Origin: Lachnospiraceae bacterium
GTDB taxonomy: Bacteria; Bacillota; Clostridia; Lachnospirales; Lachnospiraceae
Length of the DNA: 64,000 bases
NCBI GenBank assembly: GCA_024684215.1
Contig: JAIKXH010000161.1
Span: forward strand, 7,789-71,788
Direction: 5' to 3'
Below are positions 1-8,331 of this stretch, in pieces; the stretch's first letter is position 1, and the number at the start of each line of letters is the position of its first letter. Below the pieces are notes generated by a model, which was not told where the DNA came from, ran no database searches, and saw only the letters and a list, made by a program, of their open reading frames with translations. A program made the translations under genes and the position numbers.

Positions 1-55
1 TCACAGCTATTCGCCGTATATACAGCATCCTGCATGCGATGCGGTTATCCCTGCT

Positions 56-811
56 TTATATTACATAATAGGTACCGTCTTCGTCGGAAAATCTCTTAAC
101 CCCTACCCCGAAAACCTGCTCAATAATTCTTTTTTCTATAATTTCATCAGAGCTTCCTTTAAAGACAATCCGCCGATTATCCATAACCAAAATCTCATCT
201 GATATTTCGAGAGCGCGGGCTATATCATGCAGTACAAGAATCACAGTCTTACCTTCGTCACGCATTTTTCTGTACAAGTTAAGCATTTTCCTCTGCCCGG
301 GAATATCGAGATATGTAGTCGGCTCATCAGCCACCATATATTCACATTCCTGTGCAAGGGAAAGCGCGAAAAAACTCCTTTGCCTTGTTCCGCCTGACAA
401 TACCTCAACAGACATGTTCTCATATTTTTTTACATCTGCTAAATCCATAGCATGTTCAACTGCCCTTTTATCCTCTATGGTCATACTCCTTGCAAAACCC
501 AAATAAGGAAACCTTCCGTGAGAGACCAATAAAGCAGTTGAAATATCCGGTATCGTATTCCTTACCTGAGGGAGAAATGAAAGTGTCCTTCCTCTTTTTT
601 TAGGGCTGAAATTAAGGTAGTTTTCACCGTCTATATAAATATTTCCTTTTTCTACACGCGCGGATCCGTTTAGAGCGCTTAAAAGACTGGTTTTACCGCA
701 TCCGTTCGGACCTATGATCGAAGTGAGTTTTCCTTTCTGAAAGCTTACATTTATATCGGACAGAATTCTCTCCCCTCCGGCACTTATAGTTACATTTTCA
801 TACTTAAGCAT
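56..811 (-). CDS. ABC transporter ATP-binding protein, iron-chelate/corrinoid (FecE/BtuD-like) type
   Basis: 251-aa ORF with Walker A GPNGCGKTS, signature LSGGTRQR and Walker B MVADEPTTYLD. Its start overlaps the upstream FecCD permease stop by 8 nt. Confidence 0.9.
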   Translation of the reverse strand: MLKYENVTISAGGERILSDINVSFQKGKLTSIIGPNGCGKTSLLSALNGSARVEKGNIYIDGENYLNFSPKKRGRTLSFLPQVRNTIPDISTALLVSHGRFPYLGFARSMTIEDKRAVEHAMDLADVKKYENMSVEVLSGGTRQRSFFALSLAQECEYMVADEPTTYLDIPGQRKMLNLYRKMRDEGKTVILVLHDIARALEISDEILVMDNRRIVFKGSSDEIIEKRIIEQVFGVGVKRFSDEDGTYYVI

Positions 812-1835
812 GGATCCTGCGGCCCCCTTTCTTTCTAATCAAAAGGTAAATAAAGAAAGGACCTCCGATAAAGGACATGATAATACCCGTTGGCAACTCG
901 TATGGGGAAAACAATATACGGCTCAGCAAATCACACATGATCACAAAGCTGCCCCCTAAAAGCGCACTGCAAGGTATAAGGAATCTCGCATCGTTTCCGA
1001 AAAACCTCCTGCAAATATGCGGTACTATCAGTCCCGCAAAGCTTAAAAGCCCTGCATAGCTTACAACGCAGCCGGCAAGCACACTCGCTATAACAAGAAG
1101 AATGAACCTGACAGCGCTAACCCTCATTCCAAGAGATGTGGCAACTCCTTCTCCAAGACCCAGCATGTTTAAGTGCTTCGAAAAAAGTATTGCCAACATT
1201 AAACCAACGGTTATCCCGATTCCCGGGAGCCATACTGACCCAAAAGTCACTCCGCTTAAATTGCCCATCAGAAATGAATTTATATTTATAATAATATCGG
1301 TATTAAGCGTTTTAATCAGATTTATCCCGGCAGACAAAAAGCTTGAAACAGTAATACCTGCAAGAATGATAGTAACTCTCGATGTGTTTGAAAAATATGC
1401 CAGAGCAAAAATAAGTAAAGTTGCTATCAGCGCACCGGCAAAAGCAAATACAGGAATAGCCCAGGTCACTCCCGGAAGCATGAGCATAGAGAGCATTACG
1501 CAAAAACCTGCGCCGCTTCCAACACCGATTGTGTTTGGGCCTGCGAGCACATTGTTCATAACTCCCTGCAGCAACACCCCGGCCACCGATAGTCCGACTC
1601 CCGCAAGCAGTCCGCCAACAACTCTCGGCAATCTGATACTCCTAACAATAATAACTGTTTTTAACGGTAACGAATCAGATGCAAAGCGATCTCCCCCATA
1701 AATTATGGCTTTGAAAATCTCCTTTGGACTGATTCTCACACTTCCAAGTGATAAACATAAAACAAAACATATAAAAAGGAGTACAAATAGAGCAATTATT
1801 GTTACTGCCTTGTTTTTTAAGTGTATCTTGCTCAT
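804..1835 (-). CDS. FecCD-family ABC permease (iron-chelate/corrinoid/heme type)
   Basis: 343-aa polytopic ORF with FecCD/BtuC-like Gly-rich TM helices (RLPRVVGGLLAGVGLSVAGVLLQG). It lies between a BtuF-type SBP gene and the cognate ATPase gene. Confidence 0.9.
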   Translation of the reverse strand: MSKIHLKNKAVTIIALFVLLFICFVLCLSLGSVRISPKEIFKAIIYGGDRFASDSLPLKTVIIVRSIRLPRVVGGLLAGVGLSVAGVLLQGVMNNVLAGPNTIGVGSGAGFCVMLSMLMLPGVTWAIPVFAFAGALIATLLIFALAYFSNTSRVTIILAGITVSSFLSAGINLIKTLNTDIIININSFLMGNLSGVTFGSVWLPGIGITVGLMLAILFSKHLNMLGLGEGVATSLGMRVSAVRFILLVIASVLAGCVVSYAGLLSFAGLIVPHICRRFFGNDARFLIPCSALLGGSFVIMCDLLSRILFSPYELPTGIIMSFIGGPFFIYLLIRKKGGRRIHA

Positions 1836-1857
1836 CTGTACTCCTTTTTTAACATTG

Positions 1858-2466
1858 TTACATCGACTCTATGAGATCTTCCAGTTCACCGTCCGTCAGA
1901 CCTCTTCCGAGCCTCAGGCATTCATCACCCGCCTGCTTTAATACCTTATGACGTAAGGATTGATCTGTAATCTTTTCTTTAACATATCCCCTTATGCCGT
2001 TAAGATAATCCAAAATCTCTTCGATATTCTCAGGTATAATTCTTTCAAGTTCCTTACGCAGTTTAACAGCGACTTGCGGGCTGGCCCCGGAGCTGGTTAT
2101 GCCTGCCACCAGATCTCCTCTCCTTATAACCGATGGAAATATAAAATCACACAAATCCTTATTGTCCACAACGTTTATAGGTACTTTTTTCTTTCTGCAT
2201 ATTTCAAATATCTTTTCGTTCAGGGATCTGTTATCGGTTGCTGCAATGCAATAATCAGCCTCATTTGCATCCTTTGGAATAAACTCTCTTTTTATACATT
2301 TTATGGAGCTGTTATCACTTATTTCCGGAAGGATTTCTGGAGCGATCACACATAAATTCGCATCAAACTGTGACAGCACGTTAACCTTTTCAAGGGCTAT
2401 CCTGCCCCCTCCGATAATCACTCCTCTTTTCCCTTTTAATTCAAAACAAAATGGAAAGTATGCCAT
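1858..2466 (-). CDS. precorrin-2 dehydrogenase / sirohydrochlorin ferrochelatase (siroheme synthase N-domain, SirC/Met8-like)
   Basis: 202-aa ORF with the N-terminal Rossmann motif VIIGGGRIALEKV and the length typical of the CysG N-domain family. A siroheme-type reductase is encoded in the same operon. Confidence 0.8.
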   Translation of the reverse strand: MAYFPFCFELKGKRGVIIGGGRIALEKVNVLSQFDANLCVIAPEILPEISDNSSIKCIKREFIPKDANEADYCIAATDNRSLNEKIFEICRKKKVPINVVDNKDLCDFIFPSVIRRGDLVAGITSSGASPQVAVKLRKELERIIPENIEEILDYLNGIRGYVKEKITDQSLRHKVLKQAGDECLRLGRGLTDGELEDLIESM

Positions 2467-2469
2467 TGG

Positions 2470-3561
2470 TTATTCTCCGAAAATGTAATTGGCAAGTTTC
2501 TCATAGGCCTCACCCCAACGGGCATTGGGCTTGGAATTATACAATTCCTTTTCAATCTCAAAATATCTTCCGGACTTTACCGCAGTCAGTTCACTCCAAG
2601 CGGGATTACTGCTAAAAAGCTCCGCTACATTTGCCAAAGCAGCTTCCGTATCTTCACCCTGAGTGGTTACAAAAATGTAATCAGGATCTGCTGCCACTAT
2701 CGCTTCAAGACTTATGTCCTCAAGCAAACCCTCGTCACTGTCTGCTATATTTATAAGGCCAAGATCTGCAAGTATCTCGCCTCCAACGGTTCCTTTACTT
2801 CCCTTAGCTTTAACCGAGCTTGCTGCCGCCCTTATAAACAGAACTGTAGGTGCCTCTCCTTCAACTGCCTTTATCTCATCTATTTCCTTTTTTGCTCTTT
2901 GCCTTACCGCCTCTATAGAGTCAGCTACATCTTCTCCATACTTTTTATAACTATCACTGTTTCCGGTTATCTGTGTAAACGTCTCAAGTACTCCAAGATA
3001 ATCTTCAAACTTCGAAACCTCAAAATAAGCTGTGGTTATTCCGCTATTTTCAAATACATCCAAAAGTTCAACCTGAGAAGATGTTCCCGCGCTTGCTATA
3101 ATAAAATCAGGTTCGGCGTCAAAAAGCTTTTCCAGATCGGGCTCTAAAAAGCTTCCGACATTAACAACATCCTCGGAAAGGTTTAAATCAAATGATGTCC
3201 AGGCATCCTTTACGGTAGCCGATACCTCTCCGCCGGCCAATACCCATACATCGGCAAAGCTTCCGAGAAGTACCGCCACCCTCTTTGGTGAATCTACAGT
3301 TACTTCTCGCGAAAGAGCGTCTACAAAAGTCACAGGAGATGACGCTTCTGTTTCATAGTTTTCTGTTTCATCAGCGTCTTTTTCGTAGGCATCCATTTCG
3401 TATGCTTCTGTTTCATCAGCTTCATTTTCGTACGCATCTATCTCATAAGCTTGCGCTTGTGTACTTACCGGCTCGGGGTCCTTACTGTCATTTTTCGAGC
3501 ATCCGGCCAATGTAAATAACGTGGTTGCGATTAAAGTCAGTGTTAAAATCTTTTTTTTCAT
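2470..3561 (-). CDS. ABC substrate-binding lipoprotein, BtuF/FhuD (Peripla_BP_2) type, with acidic repeat linker
   Basis: 363-aa ORF with signal peptide plus lipobox TLAGCS. A Y/E/D/A-rich repeat linker is followed by a class III SBP-like body (KRVAVLLGSFADVWVLAGG). Confidence 0.85.
   Translation of the reverse strand: MKKKILTLTLIATTLFTLAGCSKNDSKDPEPVSTQAQAYEIDAYENEADETEAYEMDAYEKDADETENYETEASSPVTFVDALSREVTVDSPKRVAVLLGSFADVWVLAGGEVSATVKDAWTSFDLNLSEDVVNVGSFLEPDLEKLFDAEPDFIIASAGTSSQVELLDVFENSGITTAYFEVSKFEDYLGVLETFTQITGNSDSYKKYGEDVADSIEAVRQRAKKEIDEIKAVEGEAPTVLFIRAAASSVKAKGSKGTVGGEILADLGLINIADSDEGLLEDISLEAIVAADPDYIFVTTQGEDTEAALANVAELFSSNPAWSELTAVKSGRYFEIEKELYNSKPNARWGEAYEKLANYIFGE
3343..3450 (-). 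repeat. in-frame degenerate tandem repeat encoding an acidic (A/Y/E/D/T) linker
   Basis: The DNA motif ttctgtttcatcagc recurs three times. It encodes AYEIDAYENEADETEAYEMDAYEKDADETENYETEA directly after the lipobox of the SBP. Confidence 0.7.
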
Positions 3562-3569
3562 AATACTTT

Positions 3570-4016
3570 CTAAAAATAATATTCCTTAGCGATAATTCTT
3601 AAATCCTCCTTAGTCACTTCCCCTTTTTCAACATGAAAAGAGTTAAGAACAGGATTTTTTGCCATAAGCGAGAGAATCATATAACTCGCATTTTTGTCAA
3701 ATGAGAGCCTGATATCTTCCTGCGACGGCCTGGAAGGCGACTCAGGATGAGAATGCCAATTTCCAAGCAGCTTATAACCGTTGGTTCTCATGTCCTTTAC
3801 AGCCTCGAGCTGTTCTTTTGGGTCTAAAGTAAAATGATCGGTCGCGTGATCAGTATTTGTCAGATAATAAATCTTTTCAATCAATCTTCCGCCATCATCT
3901 TCGCTTCCCGCAATGAGGCCGCAGGCCTCTTCCGGCATATGCGACTTTGCATACTCCACCATTTCGTCATACAGGTGATAATCAATTCTGACAATTCCCA
4001 TCATATTTCCTTTCAA
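3570..4016 (-). CDS. JAMM/MPN+ (Mov34) zinc metalloprotease
   Basis: 148-aa ORF with the complete JAMM motif: EEACG, then HSHPESPSRPSQED (H-x-H-x7-S-x2-D). It lies 6 nt downstream of the E1 gene. Confidence 0.85.
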   Translation of the reverse strand: MKGNMMGIVRIDYHLYDEMVEYAKSHMPEEACGLIAGSEDDGGRLIEKIYYLTNTDHATDHFTLDPKEQLEAVKDMRTNGYKLLGNWHSHPESPSRPSQEDIRLSFDKNASYMILSLMAKNPVLNSFHVEKGEVTKEDLRIIAKEYYF

Positions 4017-4022
4017 AACAAC

Positions 4023-4847
4023 TTAATGTCCTCCCGGTTTAAATTCACATGCTGCCTGCTCATAATCGATAGGTTCTAATATGGTCGGATTGTCTCCGCA
4101 CACAGGACATGCATGAGTGTCAGCGGGGAGCTTAATCTTGTGGAACTCCATAGTAAGTGCATCATATGTCAGAAGATATCCTGTCAAAAGATCTCCGACT
4201 CCTATGATATACTTTACCGCCTCCATAGCCTGAAGACTTCCTATGACACCACCCATCGCTCCAATTACACCAGCCTGTTTGCAGGTGGGTACAGCATCCT
4301 TTGGCGGCGGGTTCTTAAATACGCATCGATAGCACGGGCCCTTACCGGGAACATAGGTCATGAGCTGACCTTTAAATCTTATGATCCCCGCGTGTGAAAA
4401 TGGCTTTTTCTCTATTACGCAGGCGTCATTTATCAAAAACTTCGCAGGAAAATTATCCGTTCCGTCTATTATAAAATCATAATCCCTGATAAGCTCTCGT
4501 ATGTTGCTTGAATCAACAAACATATGATACATTTTGACCTCAACATCGGGATTCATTGCATTCATAGTTTCTTTTGCCGACTCTACCTTGGGCTTGCCTA
4601 CATCTGCTGTGCCGTGGATTATCTGTCTTTGCAGGTTTGACAGATCAACCTCATCGGCATCAACAATGCCAATGGTTCCCACACCTGCAGCTGCAAGATA
4701 CATTGCTGCCGGAGCTCCAAGGCCGCCGGCTCCTATGATTAGCACCTTTGCGCTAAGAAGCTTTTTTTGTCCTTTTGCACCCACTTCCTTAAGTATGATA
4801 TGTCTTGAATAGCGTTCAAGCTGTTCATCTGAAAGAGCCATCAGCAT
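4023..4847 (-). CDS. MoeB/ThiF/HesA-family E1-like adenylyltransferase
   Basis: 274-aa ORF with RYSRHI, nucleotide loop IIGAGGLGAP, zinc cysteines CYRC and CPVCG, and a conserved Cys in PTCKQAG. There is no rhodanese domain. Its start overlaps the carrier gene stop (ATGCTGATG). Confidence 0.9.
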   Translation of the reverse strand: MLMALSDEQLERYSRHIILKEVGAKGQKKLLSAKVLIIGAGGLGAPAAMYLAAAGVGTIGIVDADEVDLSNLQRQIIHGTADVGKPKVESAKETMNAMNPDVEVKMYHMFVDSSNIRELIRDYDFIIDGTDNFPAKFLINDACVIEKKPFSHAGIIRFKGQLMTYVPGKGPCYRCVFKNPPPKDAVPTCKQAGVIGAMGGVIGSLQAMEAVKYIIGVGDLLTGYLLTYDALTMEFHKIKLPADTHACPVCGDNPTILEPIDYEQAACEFKPGGH

Positions 4848-5047
4848 CCACCTCCCATAAAGTAAAGGAACTCAACATTATCCCCTTCCTTTAAAATAGT
4901 CGAAGCCTTCTTTTCCGTTTCCACAAATTCCTCATTTATCGATACGGTTACATATTCCGGCATCTCTACATTCTCTATTTCTATAAGTTCGGGAAGCGTA
5001 AGTCCGTTCTTATATTCTTTCTTTTCTCCCGCTACAGTAATAGTCAT
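4841..5047 (-). CDS. ThiS/MoaD-like ubiquitin-fold sulfur carrier protein with capped C-terminus (..MGGGC)
   Basis: 68-aa ORF with size and pattern typical of ThiS (..EGDNVEFLYFMGGG). It carries one extra C-terminal Cys after the Gly-Gly. It is translationally coupled to the E1 gene. Confidence 0.8.
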   Translation of the reverse strand: MTITVAGEKKEYKNGLTLPELIEIENVEMPEYVTVSINEEFVETEKKASTILKEGDNVEFLYFMGGGC

Positions 5048-5062
5048 TGTTTACCTCCAAAA

Positions 5063-5308
5063 TTAATCGCCAATTTTTTTAACATACAGCGTATATGTTC
5101 CGTCTTCATTGTCTTTTAGTTTTAATATCTGATGTCCCTCATCCTTAATTGAACGAGGCACATTTTGAACCGGCTCACCGTCATTCATTCTTATTGCAAG
5201 AATCTGACCTTCTTCAAGCTCATCCAAAGTTACCTTGGCTTTAACAAATGTTAGCGGGCAAACCTTGTCCGTTATATCCACTTCCTCATCAAATGCTATA
5301 TCTGACAT
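5063..5308 (-). CDS. TusA/SirA-like sulfurtransferase
   Basis: 81-aa ORF with the N-terminal conserved cysteine context DKVCPLTFVKAK typical of the TusA/SirA fold. It lies 2 nt downstream of the sulfite-reductase-like gene. Confidence 0.8.
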   Translation of the reverse strand: MSDIAFDEEVDITDKVCPLTFVKAKVTLDELEEGQILAIRMNDGEPVQNVPRSIKDEGHQILKLKDNEDGTYTLYVKKIGD

Positions 5309-5310
5309 GT

Positions 5311-6195
5311 TTATACTCCTTCATATGCTTTCTGAATCTGTTTTCGGAATTCCTCTTCTCCGACCCTTTGCAAAGTATGCCTGAATCTCTCACCCGGCTT
5401 AGCATTTTTATCAAAGAAATCTATTGTAGCATCAGCCACTCTAAAGAGTGTCTCTTTGTCCTTAATGATCGGAACGATCTGTTCTCCTTTGTATATCTGG
5501 TTTCCAAACAGACCACCGAATGAGACAATATATCCCGGAGTGTAGTCCCAAGCGTCAACCGGACAACTCTTAACGCATCTGCCGCAGTTGTTGCACTTGG
5601 ATTTATCTATTACGACCTTTCCGTCCTCCATTTTAAGTGCGCCTTCTCGGCACGCCTTGATGCACACTCCGCATGATATGCAGGTTTCCGGTTTATAATC
5701 GATAATATAACCGCCCTTTACTCCAAGATCGTTCTCTTCGCTCTTTAAGCAATTGTTCATACATCCGGTGACGCCGAATTTAAATTTATGAGGAAGCTCT
5801 CTTCCAAAGTATCTCTCATCAAACTCTTTAGCCAGTTCATATGAATCTATACAACCGCTTGGACATATCGCACTTCCCTGGCATGCGGTTACCGTCCTGA
5901 CTCTGGGTCCGCATACTCCGGGTTTTACTCCGCCTTCCGCGAGCTTACCTCTAACTTCTTCTATATCGCTAAACTCGATAAAGGGGATTTCCACGCCCTG
6001 CCTTGAAGTCATATGTACGTATCCGTGACCATACTTTTCCGCAACCTCGGCGATAGTCTTTATATTCTCGGCGGTAAGGTTTCCCCCGACAACAGCAAGT
6101 CTCAGAGAAAAATACCCCTTTTGCTTTTGCCTCATAAACCCGCCTTTTTTAAGTGATGAATAATCGATTGCATCTGACATTTTTATTTCCTCCAT
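5311..6195 (-). CDS. compact siroheme-type sulfite/nitrite reductase-like protein with inserted 2x[4Fe-4S] ferredoxin
   Basis: 294-aa ORF with the siroheme-[4Fe-4S] cysteine pattern CQGSAIC (CX5C) and CMNNC (CX3C). It also has two ferredoxin motifs, CISCGVCIKAC and CNNCGRCVKSCP. Confidence 0.8.
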   Translation of the reverse strand: MEEIKMSDAIDYSSLKKGGFMRQKQKGYFSLRLAVVGGNLTAENIKTIAEVAEKYGHGYVHMTSRQGVEIPFIEFSDIEEVRGKLAEGGVKPGVCGPRVRTVTACQGSAICPSGCIDSYELAKEFDERYFGRELPHKFKFGVTGCMNNCLKSEENDLGVKGGYIIDYKPETCISCGVCIKACREGALKMEDGKVVIDKSKCNNCGRCVKSCPVDAWDYTPGYIVSFGGLFGNQIYKGEQIVPIIKDKETLFRVADATIDFFDKNAKPGERFRHTLQRVGEEEFRKQIQKAYEGV

Positions 6196-6292
6196 ACATA
6201 GTCTTCATATCTTATATCCGATTTATATTTGTTTTCTTCTTTTTACCGGACCATCTTTGTTTGATTTCTTAGATCTCACTTAATGTCTTTTT

Positions 6293-7534
6293 CTATGAAT
6301 CCTCACTAAGCTTTACAAATGCTCTGTCAAAGTCTGCAATCAAATCTTCTACGTCCTCGATCCCAACACTGATTCTTATAAGGTCATCAAAAACTCCTGC
6401 AGCTTCTTTTTGTTTATCTGTAGAGTGTAATGAAATAGTTGACGCGGGATGGATGACTAATGTCTTGGTATCTCCGACATTGGACAATCTGTAGGCAAGT
6501 TCAAGCAGATTTAAAAGTTTATACGCCTTTTCCTTGCTTCCGACCCGTAGCGTAACTATCGCTCCGTATCCGCCATTTAGGATCTTTTTTGCTGTGTCAT
6601 GCCACTTACTTGATTCAAGTCCCGGAAAATTTACAATAACCGAAGGATACTTGTCGTGAATATGTTTAGCCAAAGCGGCTGCGTTTGCACATTGGCGTTC
6701 CATGCGCAGCCCCATCGTTTCAAGTCCTATTTGATTTAAATAAGCTGTCTGCGGCGCCATACAGGCTCCCGCATTTCTCTGAAGGCCTGCTCTCAATCTG
6801 GCAATATACGCAAACGGGCCGAATTTAATGTAGTCTTTAAGCATCGGGTACTTTTCAGCTGTCCACTTAAACTTACCACCATCGGTTAGCACTCCTCCTA
6901 TGGCATTACTGCTGCCATTTATGTATTTTGAAGTGGAATTTATGACAATATCCGCTCCGTGATCTAAGACTCTGACCAGATATGGAGTAGCTATAGTATT
7001 GTCAATAAACAATGGCAACCCGTGGCTGTGTGCTATCGCAGCAAGGCTATCAATGTCCGTAACATCAAGGCAAGGATTACCGATAGTCTCGGCGTATATT
7101 AGCTTTGTCCTCTCGTTTATCGCATCCTCAATCTCTTTTTTGTTATTGTTCTGAACATATCTCGTCTTTATTCCAAAATTCTCAAGATCTCTGAAAAGAT
7201 CTATCGTCCCCCCGTACAAAGATGCACTAGATACTATCTCGTCGCCTGACATAAGTATATTTGTCAAAGCGTTAAAAATCGCTGCCATACCGGATGCGGT
7301 TGCTACCGACCCGATTCCGCCCTCTAACTTGTTTATCCTGTTTTCGAATACCGCGATCGTCGGATTTTGAACCCTGGTGTAACAATACCCCGGATTTTTT
7401 CCTGCAAATATCCCTTCAAGGTCCTCCGCACTTTCTTGAAAAAAAGCACTTGTCTGATAAATCGGAGTTAGGGTTGAACCATATTTTTCTCTCTTATCCA
7501 CTCCATCATGAAGAAGAGCTGTGTTAAACTTCAT
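6293..7534 (-). CDS. metY: O-acetylhomoserine sulfhydrylase-type PLP enzyme (Cys/Met metabolism family)
   Basis: 413-aa ORF with N-terminal FNTALLH..TPIYQTSAF and the PLP-lysine context DIVINSTSKYINGS. Length and motifs are typical of MetY/MetZ-type enzymes. Confidence 0.85.
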   Translation of the reverse strand: MKFNTALLHDGVDKREKYGSTLTPIYQTSAFFQESAEDLEGIFAGKNPGYCYTRVQNPTIAVFENRINKLEGGIGSVATASGMAAIFNALTNILMSGDEIVSSASLYGGTIDLFRDLENFGIKTRYVQNNNKKEIEDAINERTKLIYAETIGNPCLDVTDIDSLAAIAHSHGLPLFIDNTIATPYLVRVLDHGADIVINSTSKYINGSSNAIGGVLTDGGKFKWTAEKYPMLKDYIKFGPFAYIARLRAGLQRNAGACMAPQTAYLNQIGLETMGLRMERQCANAAALAKHIHDKYPSVIVNFPGLESSKWHDTAKKILNGGYGAIVTLRVGSKEKAYKLLNLLELAYRLSNVGDTKTLVIHPASTISLHSTDKQKEAAGVFDDLIRISVGIEDVEDLIADFDRAFVKLSEDS

Positions 7535-7545
7535 GCTTTTGCTCC

Positions 7546-8319
7546 TTATATTGCATATTCCATTATGCTGTGGTTAAATTTGTTAACGATAGCATTTCTG
7601 TAAAAAGCAAAATCTTCGCTGCTTCTCAACCTCGGTCTCGGAAGTTCAATCGTTATGGTCTCGTCTACTTCAGAGGGTCTCGGTTTCATAACTACAACCC
7701 TGTCTCCAAGAAAAATTGCTTCGTCAATATCATGAGTAACCATGATCATTGTCGTTTTCTCTTCTTCTCTGATCCTGTCGATCTCTGTCTGCATATTCAT
7801 TCTTGTCAATGCATCCAAAGCTCCGAGCGGTTCATCCAAAAGAAGTATTCTCGGGTGTCTCATAAGTGCTCGGGCAATTGAAACTCTCTGTGCCATTCCA
7901 CCCGAGAGCTGCCCTGGATACACTTTTTCAAAGTTTTCCAGATCAACTTTCTTTAGATATTCGGCTGCCAGATTATGGAGTTCCTTTTTTGTCCCTTCCA
8001 AACCAATGGTTAAGTTTTCCTCAACACTAAGCCATGGAAGCAGTCTGTGTTCCTGGAATATCACACCTCTGTCAAGTCCGGCTTTTTCCACTCTTTTACC
8101 ATCCAGTAAAATATCTCCGCCATACTCTTTTTCAAGCCCTGCTATAAGCCTTAACAATGTTGTCTTTCCACATCCGCTGGCGCCGATGATCGATATAAAC
8201 TCGCCCTCATTAACGTTAAGGCTCACGTTTCTTATTGCCTCAACATCCTTATCTTTAGTATGGAATACTTTTGATACATTTTTAATTTCCAAAATAGTGT
8301 TTTGACTCATACGAATCAC
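7546..8319 (-). CDS. ABC transporter ATP-binding protein, nitrate/sulfonate/taurine (NitT/TauT) family
   Basis: 257-aa ORF with Walker A GASGCGKTT, signature LSGGMAQR and Walker B LLLDEPLGALD. The overall pattern resembles SsuB/TauB. Confidence 0.9.
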   Translation of the reverse strand: MIRMSQNTILEIKNVSKVFHTKDKDVEAIRNVSLNVNEGEFISIIGASGCGKTTLLRLIAGLEKEYGGDILLDGKRVEKAGLDRGVIFQEHRLLPWLSVEENLTIGLEGTKKELHNLAAEYLKKVDLENFEKVYPGQLSGGMAQRVSIARALMRHPRILLLDEPLGALDALTRMNMQTEIDRIREEEKTTMIMVTHDIDEAIFLGDRVVVMKPRPSEVDETITIELPRPRLRSSEDFAFYRNAIVNKFNHSIMEYAI

Positions 8320-8331
8320 CCTTTAGTTTCG

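Noticed and set aside
1-55. Possible 3' end of another minus-strand gene at the window edge (the sequence starts with tca, which is a TGA stop on the minus strand)
   Set aside because: 55 nt is too short to evaluate. The downstream stop of the ATPase gene is at 56-58, so this stretch is simply intergenic or unknown.
1102-1701. Long antisense ORFs inside confidently called genes (e.g. 1102-1701, 7742-8305, 32259-32747, 36241-36618, 49671-50180, 60144-60623)
   Set aside because: Each lies fully within a gene with strong family motifs on the opposite strand. They have low-complexity or Ser/Pro/Leu-rich translations typical of shadow frames, and they lack RBS and start context.
3570-5047. The Ubl + E1 + JAB trio as a bacterial ubiquitin-like conjugation or anti-phage module (Bil/CBASS-associated type)
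   Set aside because: There is no E2-like gene, no effector and no cyclase or nuclease nearby. The trio is embedded, with overlapping or near-abutting genes, between a sulfite reductase/TusA/MetY set and transporters. The carrier is a minimal 68-aa ThiS-like protein. Metabolic sulfur transfer explains all the neighbours, so I retain conjugation only as the alternative to be excluded experimentally.
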